Shown here one piece after another: positions 20,377-28,227 of a DNA stretch of 64,000 bases. Origin of the DNA: an uncultured Solirubrobacteraceae bacterium (lineage in GTDB: Bacteria > Actinomycetota > Thermoleophilia > Solirubrobacterales > Solirubrobacteraceae); NCBI GenBank assembly GCA_963838655.1, contig CAWIRW010000018.1, positions 83,397 through 147,396 of the forward strand, read 5' to 3'. The translations under genes and the position numbers were made by a program. The notes under the pieces were generated by a model that saw nothing but the letters and a program-made list of their open reading frames with translations, did not search any database and had not been told where the DNA came from. Position 1 is the first letter of the stretch; every line of letters begins with the position of its first letter.

Positions 20377-21179
20377 CTAAGGACCGCCGGCCCCGCCCGC
20401 CGGCCGTAGCGCGACGCGGGCGCCGCGCCCTCCCAGAACGTGTCCTCGTCCTCGTCGCGCGCGGCTCCGGCCGGGAGCACGAAGTCGCGGTCGCGGCGCT
20501 CGTCCTCGCCGAACATCGGCAGCGGCCGGCCGCACATCTCGTACAGCCGGGAGACCGTGCGCGCGCCGATCTGGGCGGTCAGCGCGTCGTGGTCGAGGTT
20601 CGTGGTCAGGAGCAGCGCCCGGTCGTCCTCGTAGCGCGTGTTGACGATCGTGTAGAGCTGCTCGAGCACCCAGGCCGAGCTCTGCTCGGCTCCGACGTCG
20701 TCGATGTGCAGCAGGTCGACCGCGCACAGGCGGTCGATCAGCTCGTTGAGCGAGTACGCCGCTTGGTCGTCGTAGGAGTCGCGGAGGAGGGCGAGCAATC
20801 GCGGCAGCGAGTAGATCGCCACCGTGCGGTCGGCCTCCATGGCGGCCTTGGAGACGAGCATCGCCAGGGTCGTCTTGCCGGTCCCCACATCCCCCGTGAA
20901 CCAGAGGCCGCGGCCTTCGTCGAGGCGCTCGCGGATATCGCCGATGTAGCTGCGGACCTCGCGGACGAGCGCGGGGTTGCGGCGGGCCATCGTGAGCACG
21001 GGCTCGCGGTCGAACGAGACCTCGCGAAAGCGGCGCGGCAGGCGCCCGGCGACGGCGGCCGCCCGCTTGCGCGCCATCCGCGCGGGACGGCAGCTGCACG
21101 GCCGCGCCCGCCGGCCGTCCTCGTCGTAGAGGAAGCCGGAGCCGTCGCAGCGGTTCTCGGGGCAGGGCGCGGCGCTCAA
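20377..21179 (-). CDS. DnaC/IstB-like AAA+ ATPase with an N-terminal zinc-finger-like motif (putative helicase loader), 3' end undefined
   Basis: TTG 21179 overlaps the dnaB TGA (TTGA). CPENRCDGSG...CSC, Walker A GDVGTGKTT, Walker B LLHIDDVG. This frame has no stop until 19359. The nearest stop is in an adjacent frame at 20377, so the given end is approximate. Confidence 0.7.
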
Positions 21180-22586
21180 TACCCCTCGTCCCCGGCGTAG
21201 GACATGAACCGCGGGAACTCCTTCTGGAACGCCAGCTCGACCACCCCGAGCCCGCCGTTGCGGTGCTTGGAGATGATCACGTCGGCGATGCCCTCGCGGT
21301 CGGACTCGTCGTTGTAGTACTCGTCGCGGTAGATGAACATCACCAAGATCCGCGTCCTGCTCGATGCTTCCGCTTTCGCGCAGATCGGAGAGGACGGGGC
21401 GCTTGTCGGTGCGCTGCTCGACGCCGCGGTTGAGCTGGGAGAGCGCGATGACGGGGACCTCGAGCTCGCGGGCGAGCGTCTTGAGGCCGCGGGAGATCTG
21501 GCCGATCTGCTCGACGCGGTTCTCCACGCTCCCGCTCGCGCGCATGAGCTGCAGGTAGTCGATCAGGATCAGGCCGAGGCCGTCCGGGTGCTGCTGCGCG
21601 AGCCGGCGCGACTTGGCGCGGACGTCGAGCACCGAGAGGTCAGAGGAGTCGTCGATGTAGAGCGGCGAGCGCGCGAGGCGGTTCGAGGCCTGCAGGATCT
21701 TCGGCCAGCGCGACGGCGGCACCTTGCCCTTGCGCAGGTCGTCGCCACGGATCGAGGCCTGCGAGGCGACGAACCGCTGAGCGAGCTCCCCCTCGGACAT
21801 CTCGAGCGAGAACAGCGCGACGGCCGTGCTGGAGTCGAGCGCCGCGTTCTCCGCGAAGTTCGCCATCAGCGCCGATTTGCCCATCGACGGTCTTGCGGCG
21901 AGGATGATCAGGTTGCCGGGCTGGAAGCCTCCCGTGATCGCGTCGAGGTCGTCGAAGCCCGACGGGGTGCCGGTGATCGCCTTGCCTTCGCGGGAGAGGC
22001 GCTCGAGCTTCTCCAGCTCGCTGGACAGGAGGTCGCCGATCGGCAGGAAGTCCTTGCGGCTGTCCTCGTGGGCGACCTCGAGGATGGAGCGCTCGGCCAT
22101 GTCGACGAGGTCGCGCGGCAGCGCCTCGTGGCTGTGCACACGGGCCTGGATCTCGTAGGACGCGCGCAGCAGCCGGCGGAGCATCGCGTTGTCGCGCACG
22201 ATGCGCGCGTACTGGCGGACGTTGCCGACAGCCGGCACGGAGCCCGCCAGGAGGTCGATCGCCGCGCGGCCGCCGACGGACTCGAGGTCCCCGGCCTGCT
22301 TGAGGTGCTCGACGAGCGTGAGCGCGTCGACGGGCTCGCCGAGCGTGTGCAGGTCGAGCATCGCCTTGTAGATGCGCCCGTGGCCCTCGCGGTAGAAGTC
22401 CTCCGGCTGGAGCCGCTCGTCGATGATCAGGGCGGGGAGCGCGGTGTCCGAGAGCAGGACGGCGCCGAGCACCGACTGCTCCGCCTCGAGGTTCTGGGGC
22501 GGCGCGATCGGCGCGCCGTCGAACCCGCTGCGGGGTGCGCCGCCTTGCGACGAGGCGTGGCCGTTGGTGCGGTCGGGCGCGCTCAT
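21176..22586 (-). pseudogene. dnaB: replicative DNA helicase DnaB, one apparent +1 insertion near 21345
   Basis: Full DnaB sequence up to SIEQDADL. The expected C-terminus VMFIYRDEYYNDESDREGIADVIISKHRNGGLGVVELAFQKEFPRFMSYAGDEGY-stop is in the adjacent frame. GATCTTGGTGATG carries one extra base. Confidence 0.9.
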
Positions 22587-22707
22587 GGGGCGGCCGAGTC
22601 TAGGCGGGCGTCCGGTCGCCCCGAGCCGCCTCTGGCACTCCTCCCTGCTCTCTCCGCAGACTTGTCACCCAGTCGCCGCAGAACCGGCACGAAGCCGGCG
22701 AGAGGCG

Positions 22708-23160
22708 TTACTTCTGCTCGGTGACCATGGTCTTCACCGAGGCGGTGACGCCCGGAGAGACCTCGATCTCGACGATCCGCGTGCCGACCGTCCGGATCGG
22801 CTCGTCGAGGCGGATGTCGCGCCGGTCGATCGTGATGCTGCGGGCGTCCTTGATGGCGTCCGCGATGTCCTGCGAGGTGACCGAGCCGAAGAGGCGGCCG
22901 TCCTCACCGGCCTGGTGCGGGATCGTCAGCACCGTGCGGTTGAGGATCTCCGCGGTCTCCTGGGCCTTGGTCGCGGCGTCGGCGACGGCGCGGTCGGCGG
23001 CCTCGCGGCGGCGGGACGCCGCGGCGATCGAGCCCTTGGTGGCGGGCTCGGCCAGCTTGCGGGGCAGCAGGAAGTTGCGCAGGTAGCCCTTCGAGACGTC
23101 GACGACCTCACCGCGCTCGCCGAGCTGCTCCACGTCCTGGAGGAGAATCGCCTGGGGCAT
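22708..23160 (-). CDS. rplI: 50S ribosomal protein L9
   Basis: MPQAILLQDVEQLGERGEVVDVSKGYLRNFLLP, in the conserved rpsF-ssb-rpsR-rplI context. Confidence 0.93.
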   Translation of the reverse strand: MPQAILLQDVEQLGERGEVVDVSKGYLRNFLLPRKLAEPATKGSIAAASRRREAADRAVADAATKAQETAEILNRTVLTIPHQAGEDGRLFGSVTSQDIADAIKDARSITIDRRDIRLDEPIRTVGTRIVEIEVSPGVTASVKTMVTEQK

Positions 23161-23166
23161 GGGGGC

Positions 23167-23502
23167 CTAGCGCTCCCGGTCGCGGTCCCGGTCACGCCCG
23201 CCGCGGTCGCGGTCGCGGTCGTCGCGCGACTCGCGGGTGTCGCCGACGTAGGGCAGGAGCGCGAGCTCCCGCGCACGCTTCACGGCCGTGGCGATCTGGT
23301 TCTGGTGCCGGCGGCACGCGCCCGTGATGCGGCGCGACCGGATCTTGCCGCGATCCGAGATGAACTTGCGCAGCGCCGTGATGTCCTTGTAGTCGACGAA
23401 CTCGACCTTGTCGCGGCAATACGGGCAGGACTTGCGGCGCCCGCTGCCGGGGCCGCCCTTCCGATCACGCCGGCGCGTCGGCCGGCTGCGCTGCTTTGCC
23501 AC
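23167..23502 (-). CDS. rpsR: 30S ribosomal protein S18 with a C-terminal Arg/Asp-repeat extension
   Basis: [36 protein letters not shown]...[13 protein letters not shown] core, then the tail [22 protein letters not shown]. Confidence 0.93.
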   Translation of the reverse strand: MAKQRSRPTRRRDRKGGPGSGRRKSCPYCRDKVEFVDYKDITALRKFISDRGKIRSRRITGACRRHQNQIATAVKRARELALLPYVGDTRESRDDRDRDRGGRDRDRDRER

Positions 23503-23600
23503 GTTCGAAGACCTCTCTTGACTGCCGTGAGCTCAGAACCGGCGCAACAGGTTAGCGGGCCGAACGCGGCGCCCCCGGGCCGGGAGCGCCGCGCAGCGGG

Positions 23601-24074
23601 CTAGAACGGGATGTCGTCGTCGCCCGCGCTGCTGTTGCCGCCCCCGGAGGGCGTGCCGGCGGGCTCGAAGTCGCGCGTGTCGGCCGGGACGTCCGAGCGC
23701 GGGGTGAAGCCGTTGCTCTGACCGCCGCCGCCGTCCTCACGGCTGCCGAGGAACTGCACGGAGTCGGCGATGATGTCGACGGCCTGGCGCTTGTGGCCCT
23801 CGGGCGTCTCCCATTCGCGCCACTCGAGGCGCCCGTCGATCGCGACCGGGCGGCCCTTGGCGAGGAAGCGCGCGCAGTTCTCGCCCTGGGCGCCCCAGAC
23901 GGTGACATCGAAGAAGTTCGCCTTGTCGGCCCACTCGCCGCTGGCGTCCTTGCGGCGGGTGTTGGTGGCGATCCGCAGGCTGCAGACGGGCGTGCCGCCC
24001 GACGTGGCGCGGAGCTCGGGATCACGCGTGAGGTTGCCCGTGAGGACGACGCGGTTGATGTTGGTGGCGGCCAC
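23601..24074 (-). CDS. ssb: single-stranded DNA-binding protein
   Basis: OB-fold N-terminus NRVVLTGNLTRDPELR, glycine-rich linker and acidic tip DDDIPF. AAAGGAG RBS. Confidence 0.93.
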   Translation of the reverse strand: MAATNINRVVLTGNLTRDPELRATSGGTPVCSLRIATNTRRKDASGEWADKANFFDVTVWGAQGENCARFLAKGRPVAIDGRLEWREWETPEGHKRQAVDIIADSVQFLGSREDGGGGQSNGFTPRSDVPADTRDFEPAGTPSGGGNSSAGDDDIPF

Positions 24075-24218
24075 GGAGGGCTCCTTTCGGCTGCTCAGGC
24101 TCTCGAAAGTTCGGTGGACGCCGAGTCTAGGGGCGGGGTCGGCGGCTTCGGCCCACCCGCCGCATGTTGCGACGAATAATTGGCGCTTCTGTGACGAAGC
24201 GAGGCCCGCGCGATGCGA

Positions 24219-24605
24219 TCAGGCGGGTTCGTCGTCGTCGGTCGCCGCGGCGGGTGCGGCGGCTGCGACAGCGACGGCGGCGGGGCGGAGGTCCGGCGGG
24301 GGCGGCGTGCCCGGCCGCAGCTTGATGATCCGGAAGCGCAGGATGCCGTCCGTGATCTTCAGGTTGTGGTCGAGCTGCTCGAGCAGCGACGTCGGCCCGC
24401 GGAACTGCAGCAGGTGGTAGTCGGCCTCGGCGTGCTTGCGCACCTCGTAGACCGTCGGGCGGACGCCCCAGTCGTGGCGGCCGACGATCTCGCCGGCGCG
24501 ATCGACCGCGTCCTCGACGTTCGCGAGGATGGTGTCGCGCCGCTCCTGCTCGATCGTGTTGTCGAGGAGGAGGATGAGGTCGTAGAGCGGGGCTTCGGTC
24601 GCCAT
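24219..24605 (-). CDS. rpsF: 30S ribosomal protein S6
   Basis: MATEAPLYDLILLLD...HDWGVRPTVYEVRKHAEADYHLLQF. Internal ATG 24605 of listed ORF 24219..24914. Confidence 0.9.
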   Translation of the reverse strand: MATEAPLYDLILLLDNTIEQERRDTILANVEDAVDRAGEIVGRHDWGVRPTVYEVRKHAEADYHLLQFRGPTSLLEQLDHNLKITDGILRFRIIKLRPGTPPPPDLRPAAVAVAAAAPAAATDDDEPA

Positions 24606-24665
24606 TGCGGCGGTGGATCCTAGCAACGCGGGGCGAAGCGGCCGGGCCGTTCGCCTACCGCTGCC

Positions 24666-25166
24666 ATGGGACTCGACCTGCTCCGCCGGATCCGCTGGGG
24701 GAACGTCGGACGGCTCGCGGGAGCGGCCGCGCTGGTTGCCGCCGTGGTGGCCTGGCCGCGCCTCGCGCCACCCGAGCCGGCGTTGCCCGAGCGGGTCGCC
24801 CGGCCGCTCGACGGGCTTGGCGCCGCACCCGCGGCCACGCCTCCGCCCGAGCTGCTGCTCGCGAGGCCGCCGAGGGTGCGCGGGCGGCCCGGCGGCAGGC
24901 CGCGCCGGTCGCATGCCAAGGCGAGGCGCGAGAAGCCCGAGGAGGTGCGGCCGGGTGACGGCGGGCGAGGCGTGAAGCGGCGCCGTCCGCGGCGGACGAG
25001 CGCTCGTCGCGCGCCCGGATCCGGTACCCCGCGCGGGGCACCGCCGAAGAGTCCGCCCGCCGAACCGCCGCCGGTGGGTGGTGGCCGCCGGCGAGACACG
25101 TCCCCGGCCGGCCAGTCGGGTGGAGGCGATCCCGCCGAGACGGAGTTCGGGTTCGAGCGTGGGTGA
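24666..25166 (+). CDS. hypothetical membrane-anchored Pro/Arg-rich protein
   Basis: 166-aa ORF with one N-terminal TM (LAGAAALVAAVVAW) and a low-complexity basic tail. G/C third-position bias looks coding. I recognise no homology. Confidence 0.4.
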   Translation: MGLDLLRRIRWGNVGRLAGAAALVAAVVAWPRLAPPEPALPERVARPLDGLGAAPAATPPPELLLARPPRVRGRPGGRPRRSHAKARREKPEEVRPGDGGRGVKRRRPRRTSARRAPGSGTPRGAPPKSPPAEPPPVGGGRRRDTSPAGQSGGGDPAETEFGFERG

Positions 25167-25170
25167 TGCG

Positions 25171-25514
25171 GACGAACGTCAACTGCGGCTGGGTAGGGAG
25201 TGAGGGAGCCAGCCGCCGCGCGTGGTCAAGCCGGGGTTTCGTGTATTTCGGCGTGTCTGGTCGCCCGGATCCACCTTTGTGCTCTAGACGCGCAGCAAGG
25301 TGTATCTCGATGAAGCGTCGGACCCGAGAACCCAATCCCGCCTTGACGGGGAGTTTCGTGTCAATCGATGCGGACTGATCACCGATCGCCACCTTCGTCT
25401 CTAGACGAGGAACAACGTGGATTTCGGCGTTCGCGCACACGCCGAAGAACGAAACTCCCGCCCGACGGCCGCCGGCTCCCCGACCTCCCTACCCAGCCGC
25501 CGTTGACGTTCGCC
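25171..25514. repeat. 344-bp intergenic element with 30-bp terminal inverted repeats (copy A of an unclassified family)
   Basis: 25171-25200 GACGAACGTCAACTGCGGCTGGGTAGGGAG matches the reverse complement of 25485-25514 at 28/30. The interior holds an imperfect 66-nt direct repeat and several perfect hairpins. A second copy lies at 47811-48128. Confidence 0.75.
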
Positions 25515-25525
25515 GGCGGGCGAAG

Positions 25526-26986
25526 CTACGCCGAGGCCGCCGCGCCGCGAGCCTTGGCCCGGATGTCGGCGATCTGCTCGTCGATCCAGTCCCCCGGATC
25601 GCGCGAGGTCACGATCTCCTTCAGCCCCGCGGCCCGCCTCGCGCGCGACTCGGGTGACATCGTGAGGGCCGCGTAGATCGCGTCGGCGAGCTCCTGCACG
25701 TCGAAGGGGTTCACCGACAAGGCGAACTCGCCCAGCTCCTCGTGCGCGCCCGTGTTCTCGCTCAGGATCGAGACCCCGTCGCGCTCGTTCACCAGCGGCC
25801 CCTCCTTGGCCACCAGGTTCATGCCGTCGAACATCGCGTTGACCATCATCACGTCGTAGTGCTTGTACGAGGCCACCGCCTCTTCCAAGTCATCACGCAG
25901 CTTCAGATCGATCGGCATCCAGTCGGGCGTCCCGTGCCGGTGGTTCACGACCGCCACCAGCGCCTCGATCTTCTCCAGGTACTCGGCGTACTCCGGCACG
26001 TCGGTCCGCGACGGCATGAGCTGGGCGGTGAACGTGATCCGCTCGACGAACTCCGGGTGCTGCTCGAGGAAGATGTCGAACGCCGTGAACCCGCGCAACA
26101 CGTTCTTCGACAGATCCGCTCGGTCCACGCGCAGGATCGAGTAGTCCCGCCGGCGACGCATGACCTGCTCCTCGAACTCCGCCACCCCCGGCCGGCGCGC
26201 CACCGCCTGCGTCGCCTCGTAGTCGATCGGCAGCGGATACGCGCGGACCCACACGTCGCGGTCGCCGAAGTGCACGACGCCGCGCTCCATGTCGACCTCG
26301 AGCTCCATCAGGTCGCGGCAGCACTGGAGGAAGTTGCGCCGGTACGACCGGGTGTGGAAGCCGACGATGTCGTTGGCCAGCAGACCCTCGAAGATCGCCG
26401 TGCGCACCTCGCTCGGGAGCACGCGCCAGGCGTCCGGCTGCGTCCACGGGATGTGCACGAAGTGGTGCAGGAAGACGTCCGGCCGCTCGTGCCGGACCAT
26501 CGCCGGGAGCGTGTACAGGTGGTAGTCGTGGACCATCACCAGGGGCTCGGAGAGGTCCGCGATCTCCTCCAGGACGGCCCGCGCGAGGTCCGCGTTGACG
26601 ACGTTGTACCCGTGATGGAAGGCGTCGACCTCGTGGCGCCGGATGTCCGGCGCGTTGCTCAGGTCCCACAGGTAGTGCTGGATGAACCAGAGCATCGGGT
26701 TGGCGATGATGTTGTAGAAGCCGTCGTAGGCCTCGGGGTCGGAGGCCACGAAGCGCACCTGGTAGGTGCCGCCCTCGGGCGCCTCGACCTCGAACGGCCG
26801 CCCGCCCTCGCGCGAGGACTGCTCGATGTCCCCGTCGGTCATCGCCGAGGCGATCCAGATCGCGTCGCGGTGGGAGGCGAGGCCCGTCAGGGCCGTGACC
26901 AGGCCACCCGTACCGCGCTTGATCGAGCCGTCGTCCTGATACGTGACGGGCCCACGGTTGGAGACGAGCACAAGCGGAGCCGCCAT
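25526..26986 (-). CDS. otsA: alpha,alpha-trehalose-phosphate synthase (GT20)
   Basis: LVLVSNRGP, VHDYHLY and LRVDRADLSKN motifs. Internal ATG 26986 of listed ORF 25526..28009. Confidence 0.9.
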   Translation of the reverse strand: MAAPLVLVSNRGPVTYQDDGSIKRGTGGLVTALTGLASHRDAIWIASAMTDGDIEQSSREGGRPFEVEAPEGGTYQVRFVASDPEAYDGFYNIIANPMLWFIQHYLWDLSNAPDIRRHEVDAFHHGYNVVNADLARAVLEEIADLSEPLVMVHDYHLYTLPAMVRHERPDVFLHHFVHIPWTQPDAWRVLPSEVRTAIFEGLLANDIVGFHTRSYRRNFLQCCRDLMELEVDMERGVVHFGDRDVWVRAYPLPIDYEATQAVARRPGVAEFEEQVMRRRRDYSILRVDRADLSKNVLRGFTAFDIFLEQHPEFVERITFTAQLMPSRTDVPEYAEYLEKIEALVAVVNHRHGTPDWMPIDLKLRDDLEEAVASYKHYDVMMVNAMFDGMNLVAKEGPLVNERDGVSILSENTGAHEELGEFALSVNPFDVQELADAIYAALTMSPESRARRAAGLKEIVTSRDPGDWIDEQIADIRAKARGAAASA

Positions 26987-26988
26987 GA

Positions 26989-28218
26989 CTACAACACCTC
27001 GTGGAAGATCTTCAGGTAGTCGCGCAGGTAGCGCGGGGTGAGGAAGTGCGCGCGCACGTGCTCCTTCCCTGTCCGCCCCAGGGACTTGCCCAGGGCGGGG
27101 TCCTCGAGAATCGCCAGCGTGCGCGCCGCGCACTCCTCCGGGCTGTCGACCAGGTAGCCGGACTCGCCGTCGCTGACCTGGAGCGGGATCCCGCCGACGT
27201 TGCCGCCGATGAACGGCCGGCCCTTCCACAGCGCCTCGGACACGGTCAACCCGAAGCCCTCGCGCGTCGACTTCTGGATCACGACCTCGGCGAGCGACTG
27301 GAAGGCGTTGACCTCGATCGCGCCCACGTTGTTGAAGTTGTTGAGGATGTGGATGTCCGGATCGTCGCCCGCGTGCGCGAGCGTCGAGTTGTAGAAGTCC
27401 CAGCCCTCGGGGTCGTCGGAGGCCATCGAGCCCACGAGCGCGAGCTGCACGTCCGGCCGCGCCTCCTTCACGATGCGGTAGGCGTCGATCACCCCGAGCG
27501 GGTCCTTCCAGGGGTCGAAGCGCGACACCTGGCAGATCATGGGCCGCGACACGTCGATGCCGAACTGCCGGCACACGAACGTCGCGTCCTCGACCGACAG
27601 CGCCATGTTCTTCGGCGCCAGCGGGTCGATCGCCGGCGGCACGATGTTCACTCCGCCGTCGAGCCCGGACGGCACGTAGCCGGCGACGTGGAAGAGCGAC
27701 TGCGGGTAGCGCTCGATGTACGGCAGCAGGCGCTCCATCGTCGCCGGGTTGGGCGTCGAGACGTCGATGTGGCAGCGCCACACCCAGCCCTCCGCCTTCT
27801 CGGGCGCGAGCGACAGGATCGCCGCCGGCTGGGGGTCGTGGACGATGCAGACGTCCCACCCGCGGGACAGCTCGCGCGCGTTCATCTCGTTGTACTGCGA
27901 CCAGGTGGCCCACTGCTCCTCGGTGAGGTCCTGCGGGTTGCCCTGCAGCGCGTTGTGCATGATCTTCGTGGCGTTGAAGAACTCCTCGCGCCCGTAGATC
28001 ACCTGCCACTCGACCTCGAGCCCGACGTCGCGCATCAGCGGCACGAGCGTGTAGAGGATCTCCGATACGCCGCCGCCGAACGCGGTGGCGCTCAGGTGCA
28101 CGACACGCCGGCCCTTGAGCGGCTCGGCCAGCTCGCGGATCTCCTCCACCAGCGGGCGGCCCACGAGGTGCGTGTAATCGGTGAGTGACTTGGCCGGGAG
28201 CGCTACGGGTTGCAGCAC
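26989..28218 (-). CDS. GT4 glycosyltransferase, trehalose synthase (TreT)-like
   Basis: 409 aa. The N-terminal domain RVVHLSATAFGGGVSEIL and C-terminal EGFGLTVSEALWKGRPFIG are typical of TreT-type GT4 enzymes. Its stop lies 2 nt upstream of the otsA start. Confidence 0.7.
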   Translation of the reverse strand: MLQPVALPAKSLTDYTHLVGRPLVEEIRELAEPLKGRRVVHLSATAFGGGVSEILYTLVPLMRDVGLEVEWQVIYGREEFFNATKIMHNALQGNPQDLTEEQWATWSQYNEMNARELSRGWDVCIVHDPQPAAILSLAPEKAEGWVWRCHIDVSTPNPATMERLLPYIERYPQSLFHVAGYVPSGLDGGVNIVPPAIDPLAPKNMALSVEDATFVCRQFGIDVSRPMICQVSRFDPWKDPLGVIDAYRIVKEARPDVQLALVGSMASDDPEGWDFYNSTLAHAGDDPDIHILNNFNNVGAIEVNAFQSLAEVVIQKSTREGFGLTVSEALWKGRPFIGGNVGGIPLQVSDGESGYLVDSPEECAARTLAILEDPALGKSLGRTGKEHVRAHFLTPRYLRDYLKIFHEVL

Positions 28219-28227
28219 GCGCGAAAC

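Noticed and set aside
25171-25514. Inverted-repeat arms as integron attC sites or as a CRISPR-like array
   Set aside because: attC sites are much shorter (roughly 60-140 bp), and the GTCAAC/GTTGAC cores do not fit the RYYYAAC/GTTRRRY pattern. No integrase is nearby. The internal repeats occur only twice, are imperfect, and are not regularly spaced with unique spacers, so this is not a CRISPR array.
25163-25676. ORFs 25163..25378+ and 25368..25676+ (and 24655..25440-) inside or across repeat copy A; likewise 47825..48275 ORFs inside copy B
   Set aside because: They have a mixed third-position composition unlike real genes here, cross the inverted-repeat arms, and carry no recognisable motifs. 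The regions are treated as non-coding.
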